From: Nitrospirales bacterium
GTDB lineage: Bacteria > Nitrospirota > Nitrospiria > Nitrospirales > UBA8639
DNA length: 64,000 nucleotides
Assembly (NCBI GenBank): GCA_963422365.1
Contig: OY729426.1
Span: 2,208,001 to 2,272,000 of the forward strand
Direction of reading: 5' to 3'
How positions within the stretch are numbered: the stretch's first letter is position 1; each line of letters starts with the position of its first letter. The translations under genes and the position numbers were made by a program. This document shows, in pieces, positions 7,628-15,737 of the stretch. The notes beneath the pieces are model-generated. The model saw only the letters and a program-made list of their open reading frames with translations. It was not told the DNA's origin and did not search any database.

Positions 7628-7870
7628 ATGGCTAGAGACCTCAGGCTCGCGTTGCGGATCCAGGCCGACCTCGGGCAGACGCCCGAGCGGCTCAACAGGC
7701 TCAAAGGGCAGCTCGGAGGGGTGGCCGGTGGCGCCAACGCCATCAGACGGCAGAGCGGCCCGGCCGCGAGGGGGCTCCGGTCGCTCGGCACGGCCGCCCG
7801 TGACGCCGTCCTCCTCTTCGGGCGGGCTGGGGCCACCCTCTTCGTACCCCACAGCGCCACCCGCGGTCTC
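7628..7870 (+). pseudogene. Tape-measure-like N-terminal stub, copy 2, truncated at the element right end
   Basis: MARDLRLALRIQADLGQTPERLNRLKGQLGG..., Ala/Gly-rich helical; GGAGG/GGAG RBS; the frame runs into end DNA. Confidence 0.6.
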
Positions 7871-7878
7871 TACGTATT

Positions 7879-7927
7879 CACTCGTAAGACTTTTCTAGCC
7901 ATTCCTAATTATTTTCGTTCGGCTACA
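7879..7927 (-). repeat. Right end: putative binding sites R1 (GAAAATAATTAGGAATG) and R2 (GAAAAGTCTTACGAGTG), 21 bp apart
   Basis: R1 begins 11 bp inside the terminal TG, exactly as L1 does; R2 is 12/17 identical to R1. Confidence 0.75.
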
Positions 7928-7932
7928 GGCAA
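7928..7932 (+). repeat. Right target-site duplication copy (GGCAA)
   Basis: Restores GAT ATT GCC TTA TCT (D-I-A-L-S) in the host gene. Confidence 0.8.
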
Positions 7933-8170
7933 TATCCTGTTGTATGCTGAATATTTCTCCCTTTACGCACAAATCCTCATCTCATTCCGTCTCAATGATC
8001 CTAATCTTCTGTGACCCGATCGACCGAATACGTTCCAGGGTATCGTCTTCGGAGTGCCCGACGTTGACGATACACTCATCCACAAGTGGCAACGCTGACG
8101 TAATGGCTTCAACGATCGGAAAGTCGTATTGAATGGCATTCCGCATGAATGTCAACCCGCTGACGTTCAT
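7928..8170 (-). pseudogene. 5' part of the split GT2 glycosyltransferase, with an extra nonsense codon
   Basis: MNVSGLTFMRNAIQYDFPIVEAITSALPLVDE...IIETE*DEDLCVKGEIFSIQQDIA; TGA at 7982-7984 sits where a Trp is expected. Confidence 0.9.
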
Positions 8171-8234
8171 ACACTCAACTTCCTGATTTTGTTGAAAATC
8201 TGAAGACTCAACAATCTCTCTGAAATTCATTTGT

Positions 8235-9347
8235 CTAAGGCATAAGAAGATTCCGGTACACCAGATCGTTTTTTTTTACGGTATTTTCTGAGCTGAAGCA
8301 ATCCACAACCAACTTTCGCCCTTTTCGAGCCGTTTCCTTGGAAAGTTCCATATGACGCAATACGTCAACAATCTGGCTGGCTAAAGCGTGAGCATCCTTT
8401 GGGGGGACGAGAAATCCAGTTTCCTGGTGACAAACAATATCTGAAATGCCCCCCACGTTTGTTGCGACCACAGGCACCTCCATGGCCAAAGCTTGTGGAA
8501 TAGTTTGAGTCAAGGTTTCATCAGACGTGGAGGCAACCACAAAAACATCCAGAGCAGCCATGACCTCCGGGACATCATTTCGATGTCCAATGATTACAAT
8601 CCTTTTTTCCAGCCACATCCCAGTTATTTTTTTTAACAGCCGTTCTTTTTCAGGGCCATCGCCGACAAGGACAAAACGACAGTAAGGCATCTGCTCAAGA
8701 ACGATATGAGCCGCATCAATAAAATACTCAAGGCCTTTATAGCTTCGCAAAAAACACACCGCACCGACGAGAAATTCGTCTTTCTTCACGCCAATTTCTT
8801 CCCTGAATTTCCTGCCGTCGATCTTAGGGGAAAATTTGGAGATATCTGCACCAGTAGGTATAGTAACAACTTTGGCTTCATGGAATCCATGCTCTTCAAT
8901 GAGAGCTCTCCTTGTAGTTTCCCCTCCGGTTGTTACAATGGTATCCACAAGAGAATGATATAACAGGTTGTTCACAAAATTTTTGGCAATCGGAGTCGTT
9001 TTATGTCTCGTCAATACCATGCGCGGGCGTTGCGGAGACAATTTTGACGCCACCCCACCGATCCAACTATCACGTGATCCATGAGTATGAATAATGTCAA
9101 TTTGATGCTTGTGCAGGATGGTCACAAGTTTCAAAATCGCCCAGGGATACAGCGGCTTCCCCATGAGAAGAGTATAGTGAGGAATGTGGCGTTCCTGAGC
9201 AATGCGTGCCAATTGGCTATGCGGCCGAATGACCAACTGAACATAATACCCTCTTTTTCTCTGTCCCTCTGTCAAAGCTAGGGTGGCATATTCTTGCCCT
9301 CCCAGCGTCATTGATGAGTCGGTTTGAAGAATCCGTATTGGTTTCAC
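8235..9347 (-). CDS. Glycosyltransferase family 4
   Basis: GGQE, IIHTHGSRD, KGLEYFI, ETLTQTIPQALAMEVPVVATNVGG motifs. Confidence 0.9.
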   Translation of the reverse strand: MKPIRILQTDSSMTLGGQEYATLALTEGQRKRGYYVQLVIRPHSQLARIAQERHIPHYTLLMGKPLYPWAILKLVTILHKHQIDIIHTHGSRDSWIGGVASKLSPQRPRMVLTRHKTTPIAKNFVNNLLYHSLVDTIVTTGGETTRRALIEEHGFHEAKVVTIPTGADISKFSPKIDGRKFREEIGVKKDEFLVGAVCFLRSYKGLEYFIDAAHIVLEQMPYCRFVLVGDGPEKERLLKKITGMWLEKRIVIIGHRNDVPEVMAALDVFVVASTSDETLTQTIPQALAMEVPVVATNVGGISDIVCHQETGFLVPPKDAHALASQIVDVLRHMELSKETARKGRKLVVDCFSSENTVKKNDLVYRNLLMP

Positions 9348-9434
9348 GTGAACCCGTTCTGTGCAGCCTCAAGCGGGAGGTCCTTAACGCACCTTGATTT
9401 CCCTTCCTCACAGAAGGACATCAAAAAATATTGC

Positions 9435-10226
9435 TTAACGTTTAATTTCATTTACATGACTGTTTTGAGCGTCCATTAGAGGATTTTCAGTCATCTCCCA
9501 AAACTTAGCGTACTTTACAAAGGTATAGTAGGCATAGAGACCAGCCAGGATAAGCCCCGGCTTGCCGTCTAACCCCCCCCTTCGCAGCACGTACATTTTC
9601 ATAAAGGTAAACAGGGGATGAGAGAAAAGCTGATGAACATGAAACGCTCGGCCTCGCTTGACCATTTCTTCAGCCATGAGCGTGGAATACCGATCCATCT
9701 TCATAAGATAATGATCAATGTCCCGAAAAGGGTATTGATCAACAGGCGATTGCAAATATCCAAGTCGTCCATCCAGTTCATAGGATTCATGCACGAGGTC
9801 CGGCTTGTAGCGCAGACGGCCTTTATGAAAAAATTGAGGTTGACGGTAATCAGGATACCACCCGCTCCGTTTGATCCATCGGCCTAAAAAATAATTCCTG
9901 CGCGGGACAAGAAAGGCATCGGCTTCAGGGCCCTGTTCGAGTTGGTAGCGGACTTCTTCCTGTAACTCAACCGTCGCTCGTTCATCCGTATCCAGACTCA
10001 AGATCCAGTCATGAGTGGCGTGAGCAATCGCCTCATTTCGAAGTTTCCCGAATCCGGTGAATTCATGTTGAAACACGTTATCAGTATATTCGCGGCTAAT
10101 GGCTGCCGTGGCATCGGTACTATACGAATCCACGACAACCAATTCATCAGCCCATTTCACGCTCTCCAGGCACGGCCGCATATTCGGTTCATCGTTATAC
10201 GCAATGACGACTGCTGATATTTTCAA
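9435..10226 (-). CDS. Glycosyltransferase family 2 (WaaE/KdtX-like)
   Basis: VVIAYNDE, VDSYSTD, WILSLDTDE, GWYPDY motifs. Confidence 0.9.
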   Translation of the reverse strand: MKISAVVIAYNDEPNMRPCLESVKWADELVVVDSYSTDATAAISREYTDNVFQHEFTGFGKLRNEAIAHATHDWILSLDTDERATVELQEEVRYQLEQGPEADAFLVPRRNYFLGRWIKRSGWYPDYRQPQFFHKGRLRYKPDLVHESYELDGRLGYLQSPVDQYPFRDIDHYLMKMDRYSTLMAEEMVKRGRAFHVHQLFSHPLFTFMKMYVLRRGGLDGKPGLILAGLYAYYTFVKYAKFWEMTENPLMDAQNSHVNEIKR

Positions 10227-10234
10227 GATGCAAT

Positions 10235-10355
10235 TTCTTCCTTCGCTTCGGATGACAAATTCCTACATTCCCGCTAAGAGACGGCGGACATTGTAAATAT
10301 TCACTCATGCTTAGAATAGAACCCTGGATTCCCGATTAAAAATGTGGGGAATGAC
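10235..10355. repeat. Degenerate REP/RPE-like palindromic remnants
   Basis: CTGGATTCCC-N13-GGGAATGAC (10324-10355) and TTCTTCCTTCGCTTCGGATGACA (10235-10257) in the intergenic gap. Confidence 0.45.
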
Positions 10356-10375
10356 AGGAAGGAAAGAGCCTGTCC

Positions 10376-10410
10376 CTCTCACCCTAGCCTCTCCCGTCCA
10401 GGGAAAGGGG
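10376..10410. repeat. REP-like element forming the 3' end of the heptosyltransferase gene
   Basis: CTCTCACCCTAGCCTCTCCCGTCCAGGGAAAGGGG, similar to 5621-5657. Confidence 0.45.
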
Positions 10411-11461
10411 ATGTCATCGCTAACATTCTTTCGGCTTGACCTATGACTTCTTCAGCCGAAATAGATTCCAAACATTCCAGATGATACGAGTTTTGGCATT
10501 TCCGTAATCCACACGGGCGACAGGCTGTGGTATGACTGACCATACGAACATGGCCTATCCCATAAGGACCGGTCGCTTGGGGATTCGTAGGACCAAAACA
10601 CGCAATCACCGGCACCCGGCAAGCAGCCGCCATGTGAATCGGGCCTGAATCATTCGCAATACACAGTTGGACTTTATCAAAGACAAGGCTCAATTGGCGA
10701 ATCCGCGTTTTTCCAATCAGATTGATTAACGCGGGTCCCAGTACCTTGGAAAAACGCTGACTGATTTGGGATTCAGCTGGTGATCCGATCAGAACAATTT
10801 TAATGTCCTTTTGTTTTGCCAAAGACACGGCCACCTCAAGAAACCGCTCAAGTGGCCAGTTTTTCATGGTATGCTTGGAGGCCGGGGCTATGGCAATAAG
10901 CCGATCCTGAGGTTCCACCTCTCCTCCGGCGAACAACTGATGAATCACAGCTCGATCTTCCTGCCATCTCGGCAACCAAAACCGTGGATGTTCCGTGGAA
11001 GCACCAAAAAATTTTGCAATCTCGAGGTTTCGGTCGACCGCATGGATATCCAGTAAACGCCAGGGCTGTTTGCCATCATTTGGCAATCGAACACGATGGG
11101 TATAAAACCACGGACTTCCTTCCCGTCCTTGCGCAAACCCCACACGAACCGAAGATCCTGACAGCTTGGCAAGCAGGCCGGACCGGAATAAGCCTTGCAG
11201 ATCCACCACACAATCAAACGCCTGCTCGCGAACCATTGCGATGATCTTCCACCAAGAGCGAAGACGAAAGTCGACAGGGATGACTTCAGAGAGATCGGGA
11301 TGGCCTTCTAGCAATTCTGCCCATTCCGATTTGACCAACCAGGAAATTCGCGAATAAGGAAAAACTGCACGTAACGCACTCAAGGTCGGCAGGGCATGGA
11401 TGATATCCCCTAATGAGCTCGGCTTAATAATCAAAACATTCTTAGGTTGAAACGCAAGCAT
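10379..11461 (-). CDS. waaC: LPS heptosyltransferase I-like (GT9)
   Basis: IIKPSSLGDIIHALP, DLQGLFRS, NDSGPIHMAAA, FGPT motifs. Confidence 0.8.
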   Translation of the reverse strand: MLAFQPKNVLIIKPSSLGDIIHALPTLSALRAVFPYSRISWLVKSEWAELLEGHPDLSEVIPVDFRLRSWWKIIAMVREQAFDCVVDLQGLFRSGLLAKLSGSSVRVGFAQGREGSPWFYTHRVRLPNDGKQPWRLLDIHAVDRNLEIAKFFGASTEHPRFWLPRWQEDRAVIHQLFAGGEVEPQDRLIAIAPASKHTMKNWPLERFLEVAVSLAKQKDIKIVLIGSPAESQISQRFSKVLGPALINLIGKTRIRQLSLVFDKVQLCIANDSGPIHMAAACRVPVIACFGPTNPQATGPYGIGHVRMVSHTTACRPCGLRKCQNSYHLECLESISAEEVIGQAERMLAMTSPFPGRERLG

Positions 11462-11510
11462 ACCGCTATGGAACAAAGAGCGTCGAAATTGCCATCTCAG
11501 CAGACAGGTG

Positions 11511-12080
11511 TCAGCAACCTTGCCGACTCTGCCGCAGGATCCAGGAGACCGCATCAGTGAAACAGGGAGCGATGAAATCGACCGGCAATTTTTTCTTGTG
11601 ACAGATGGCGACAGAGTCATGACCGTCGGGACCTGTCATGACCAAAACGCCTTTGGCCCCTACCTGATGAGCCAACTCGATATCGAGATGCTGATCGCCC
11701 ACGACATAACTTTTTGACAAATCAATTGTATGGCGCACGACGGCTTGTTCGATCATTCCAGGATTCGGTTTTCGACACCGGCATCCGTCATCAGGATGAT
11801 GCGGACAAACGAACACGTCATCCAACCAAGCCTTTGCTTCGGCGAGACCATTTTCTAATTTTTTATGAATAGCTTCCAGGTTCTGAAGCGAAAAATAACC
11901 ACGTGCAATACCGGATTGGTTACTCACCAGAATGACTTTCAGGCCTGCGAGATTTAATTGCCGAATCGCCTCCGGCACCTTCGGGAACAATTCAAAGGCC
12001 TTGGAGGACGCAAGATACTGGGTGTCCGGATTCAGCGTCCCATCACGATCCAAAAATACAGCCACATGATTGGAGGTCAT
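11511..12080 (-). CDS. gmhB: D-glycero-D-manno-heptose 1,7-bisphosphate phosphatase
   Basis: FLDRDGT, SNQSGIARG, CPHHPDDGCRCRKP motifs. Confidence 0.93.
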   Translation of the reverse strand: MTSNHVAVFLDRDGTLNPDTQYLASSKAFELFPKVPEAIRQLNLAGLKVILVSNQSGIARGYFSLQNLEAIHKKLENGLAEAKAWLDDVFVCPHHPDDGCRCRKPNPGMIEQAVVRHTIDLSKSYVVGDQHLDIELAHQVGAKGVLVMTGPDGHDSVAICHKKKLPVDFIAPCFTDAVSWILRQSRQGC

Positions 12081-12111
12081 GGCCAGACATGCTCAGAGGT
12101 GACGCTGCCTA

Positions 12112-13194
12112 TCAGGATACCCCATGTCCTTCGAGGATCCCTTTCGCAGCTTGAACCACTTGATCGGTGGAGATTGAAGTCATACAACGATGATCAATGG
12201 GACATTCGCGAAGGAAACAGGGTGAACAGCCTACAGGATTTCTTGCAATCGTATGCAGGGCATTATAGGGTGCCGTGGTCGCAGGATCGGTTGGACCAAA
12301 AACAGCCACAACGGGAACGCCTAAGGCATTCGCCATATGCATCGGGCCTGTATCATTCGTCACAAAAAGATGACATCGTTGAAGAATTGCTTTTAACTCG
12401 CCTAATGAGGTTCTTCCCGAAAGGACCAGCGGGTTTGAACCCATCCGTTGGGCAACGGCCTCACCCAATACCTCCTCTCCCGAACCTCCGACGATCAAAC
12501 ATCGAACAGAACTTGGAACCTGCTGCCGCAACTCACCTATTAACCGATCAGCCACGGCAGCAAAACGTTCGGGCAACCAGCGCTTCGCCCCGCCATAAAC
12601 GGATCCTGGATTCAAACCAATGATAACTTCTGAAGCCTGGATGCCACCTTCTTGCAACAAGCGATCTGCCCGTGCCTGCTCTTCGGGAGACACATGGAGC
12701 ATCGGCTTCGGGGTGAATGTCTCTTGTCCAAGAGGACCAAGCAGGTCCATATAATAGTGAACCTGGTGTACCGTATGCATGCTATTCAGAGCGACAGGAT
12801 GCGTGAGCAACAACTTCCGACCATCCGTGGCATACCCGTATCGCAGAGGAATTCCAGCAAGCACGCCCAACAATGCCGCTTCAAAAGCATTTTGAAAGAA
12901 CAAAGCCAGATCATACCTTCCCTTACGAAGGCTTGCGGCCAACCTCAACTTTCCTCGCCATCCTGCATGGATCCCTTGGTGATCATACACGACAATGTGG
13001 TGCACACTGGGATGCCCAATAAATAACTCGCCAATCGCGGGACGAACTAAAAGGGAAATTTCCGAATCGGGAAACGCTTGACGAATCGCTTCTACGGCTG
13101 GGACGCACATCACGGCGTCACCGATCCAATTCGGCCCACGAACCAAAATTTTCTTTGCCTTGTCTGGTTGGATCTTGAACGCTTGTACAGCCAT
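12112..13194 (-). CDS. waaF: LPS heptosyltransferase II
   Basis: VRGPNWIGDAVM, NPGSVYGGAKRW, NDTGPMH, CSPCFLRECP motifs. Confidence 0.92.
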   Translation of the reverse strand: MAVQAFKIQPDKAKKILVRGPNWIGDAVMCVPAVEAIRQAFPDSEISLLVRPAIGELFIGHPSVHHIVVYDHQGIHAGWRGKLRLAASLRKGRYDLALFFQNAFEAALLGVLAGIPLRYGYATDGRKLLLTHPVALNSMHTVHQVHYYMDLLGPLGQETFTPKPMLHVSPEEQARADRLLQEGGIQASEVIIGLNPGSVYGGAKRWLPERFAAVADRLIGELRQQVPSSVRCLIVGGSGEEVLGEAVAQRMGSNPLVLSGRTSLGELKAILQRCHLFVTNDTGPMHMANALGVPVVAVFGPTDPATTAPYNALHTIARNPVGCSPCFLRECPIDHRCMTSISTDQVVQAAKGILEGHGVS

Positions 13195-13249
13195 GGCTAT
13201 TGCAAAATTCGCTGTCTTCTTTCAGCAAAATCAAAACAATGAACACCCG

Positions 13250-14281
13250 TTACAAAGCCAATAATGCTTTTTCTAATCGATGTTGGCCATTCAAAAACTC
13301 TACCTCAAGAGAAACAGCAAACACAGGAGTAGAGAGCGCCCAACTTGCTTGAACTTTCATGAGATCCTTTTCCGTTGTGAGCACCAAAGCCGGCTGACTC
13401 TGCTCAATACGTCGATAAATCTCTTTGATCTTAGAAGGGACATACGCTTCATGATCTGGAAAAACAAGTTCATCCGCCACGCGCACACCGAGTGCATTCA
13501 CTGTCCGACGAAACTGATTCGAATTGCCAACACCGCTGAAGATGAGCGATTTTTTCCCGCGGATATCGGAAAGAGTCTGATGCATGGATTCCGATGCACC
13601 AACTAATTTTTTGACCGTAAATCTTGTCGTGATGGGATTGATCATGCAACCCATGGCTGTCTCTAGGGGTTCGACTATCTTAGAAATCGCTGATTCATCT
13701 TCAACTCGCGTCAGAATAATATCTGAGGCTCTTCTTGCTTCACCAAGCAGTTCCCGAAGTTTGCCTATGGGAAGAAGCCCTTTGATCCCATTCAGATCGG
13801 AACTATCAACCAGCAACAAATTCACGTCACGATCAAGGCCTACATGTTGAAACCCATCATCTAAAATGAAACAGTCAAGGGGCATTTGTCTTAATACCCA
13901 ACGGCCCAGTTGATATCGATCAGCCCCAACCGCTACGACAACACCCTGACATCGTCGCGCCATCAAATAGGGTTCATCGCCTGCTTCATGGGGTCCGACA
14001 AGGATAGACCTGCCATCGGATACCAGCAAAAATTTTTGTCGGCTTTTTCGACGGTACCCTCGACTGAGGATACCCACCTTTTTCCCTTGTTCCAACAGCT
14101 TTTCGGCCACCCACATTGCTATAGGCGTTTTGCCCGTTCCACCAACTGTAAGATTCCCCACACTGATGACGGGGCAAGGCAACCGATGTCGCGTTAACCA
14201 CCCTTGCTCATACAGCCATATCCGAAAACGTGTCGCGCATTGATACGGGCCAGTAAGCAGCAACTTCCATCCATTCATCAT
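13250..14281 (-). CDS. lpxK: Tetraacyldisaccharide 4'-kinase
   Basis: SVGNLTVGGTGKTP, LSRGY, GDEP, LDDGFQH, TTEKD motifs. Confidence 0.96.
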   Translation of the reverse strand: MMNGWKLLLTGPYQCATRFRIWLYEQGWLTRHRLPCPVISVGNLTVGGTGKTPIAMWVAEKLLEQGKKVGILSRGYRRKSRQKFLLVSDGRSILVGPHEAGDEPYLMARRCQGVVVAVGADRYQLGRWVLRQMPLDCFILDDGFQHVGLDRDVNLLLVDSSDLNGIKGLLPIGKLRELLGEARRASDIILTRVEDESAISKIVEPLETAMGCMINPITTRFTVKKLVGASESMHQTLSDIRGKKSLIFSGVGNSNQFRRTVNALGVRVADELVFPDHEAYVPSKIKEIYRRIEQSQPALVLTTEKDLMKVQASWALSTPVFAVSLEVEFLNGQHRLEKALLAL

Positions 14282-14331
14282 GGGGTCATGAATGCTCGAT
14301 TGAGGGAATACCTCATAAGAAAAAGGGATGA

Positions 14332-15630
14332 TTATGTTTCGCGAAAGCCGATAACGTGCTCAACCATATTCAAATTTCTCTCGACCACGCCTTGATTGTC
14401 ATCAATGACCTTTCGCGCACGTTGACCTGCATGAGACACCCAATTCCGATTTTGAATTCCCTTGATGAATGTTTCTGTCAATTCCTGCCCGTTGCGCACT
14501 CGAGTTCCACCTCCGGCCTCAATCAATAAATCTGCGATTTCCCGACAATGATCGGTGTACGGACCAAAACACACCGGTTTTCCCCAGGCTGCCGGTTCCA
14601 AGAGATTGTGCCCTCCAACCGGAACCAATGTCCCTCCGACAAACGCGATAAACGCCAACCCGTACACTTGAGCTAATTCTCCTCGGGTATCAAGAAGAAT
14701 GACCCGGGGTCCCACGAGTTTTTCATCAAAATGAACCCCTTGCAGCAACTGGCTTCGTCTCACGACAGGAAGCCCAAACTCCTGAACGGTTTGAACCAGA
14801 ACAGCACTTCGTTCAATATGGCGTGGAGCTAACAGCAAGACCACATTGGGGAATGAACGGATCAAGGCGCGATAACTTTCCAAAAGGATTTCTTCTTCAG
14901 CGGGATGAGTGCTGCCTGCGATAATCAGCCGTTCGGTTTCCGACACACCAAATGCTGAACGTTCGACCGATTGCTGAGGAGAAAAACCTCCATTCATTGT
15001 CAGATCAAATTTCATATTCCCCGTACTGCACATCCGATCCGGCGAAGCCCCTAACTCGACAAACCGGCGTGCATCTCGGCCAGATTGCAGAAGCCCTAAC
15101 GATACGGTTGAGAGAATCTGTCGCATGAACGGCCGAATCCACTGATATCGGAAAAAGGAACGGGAGGACAATCGGCCATTCACAATAACAGAAGGAATGC
15201 CCAGGCGAGAGAGCATTCGCAATAAATTCGGCCAAAGCTCGGTTTCGACGACTAAAAACCCTATGGGGTTCAGGGATTGAATAAACCGGTTGACAATCCA
15301 AGGATAATCAAGCGGCAAAAAGCAGTGAGTTGCGATGCCGGCTAATCGTTGTTCCACGGCTTCTCGTCCGGTTTCCGTGATGGTCGATACGATGATCTTG
15401 ACTGCAGGATACCGGTGATGAAGGACGGTAACAAACGGCACAACAGCGGAAACTTCCCCCAATGACACGGCATGAACCCAGAGGACTTTATCCTGAGAAC
15501 CCCACCCTTGAGGGACAACCCATCCTATTCGTTGTCGCAGGCCGGCTCGACATCGTTTTTTGATCAGCAACCCACAAAGAATAAATGGAAAACCGAGAAG
15601 AAGGAGCAAATTATAAATACCATACCACAT
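14332..15630 (-). CDS. waaA: Kdo transferase
   Basis: WVHAVSLGE, ETELWPN, GSTH, APRH.ER, GGHNLLEPA motifs. Confidence 0.96.
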   Translation of the reverse strand: MWYGIYNLLLLLGFPFILCGLLIKKRCRAGLRQRIGWVVPQGWGSQDKVLWVHAVSLGEVSAVVPFVTVLHHRYPAVKIIVSTITETGREAVEQRLAGIATHCFLPLDYPWIVNRFIQSLNPIGFLVVETELWPNLLRMLSRLGIPSVIVNGRLSSRSFFRYQWIRPFMRQILSTVSLGLLQSGRDARRFVELGASPDRMCSTGNMKFDLTMNGGFSPQQSVERSAFGVSETERLIIAGSTHPAEEEILLESYRALIRSFPNVVLLLAPRHIERSAVLVQTVQEFGLPVVRRSQLLQGVHFDEKLVGPRVILLDTRGELAQVYGLAFIAFVGGTLVPVGGHNLLEPAAWGKPVCFGPYTDHCREIADLLIEAGGGTRVRNGQELTETFIKGIQNRNWVSHAGQRARKVIDDNQGVVERNLNMVEHVIGFRET

Positions 15631-15737
15631 CTCAGATCTAACCCTAAGAGGATCGAGAGGGAAATAACCGGATCTCCCGTTTTCAAGAAGGGGCATCAGG
15701 GATCGTCGCGTAGGACCTCAATCGGAGCAACGGCTGG

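Larger units (their letters stand above)
3730..7927. mobile_element. Internally deleted Mu-like transposable prophage (mini-Mu, 4198 bp)
   Basis: TG...CA termini; imperfect terminal inverted repeats (22/29 identical); 5-bp TSD; abrupt GC enrichment; Mu gp29-like portal, MuF and tape-measure-like stubs; no transposase. Confidence 0.9.

Noticed and set aside
3730..7927. Tn7/CAST or IS element rather than a phage remnant
   Set aside because: The ends and 5-bp TSD are compatible, but the cargo is Mu-type portal, MuF and tape-measure-like sequence, with no tns, tniQ, cas or transposase gene
7982..7984. TGA read as Trp (alternative genetic code) or Sec
   Set aside because: TGA is used as a normal stop in many intact genes here (lon, thiL, proS); this is a nonsense mutation in an already disrupted gene
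7628..8014. 128-aa ORF as an intact gene
   Set aside because: It crosses the element right end into antisense host sequence; only about the first 80 codons look genuine
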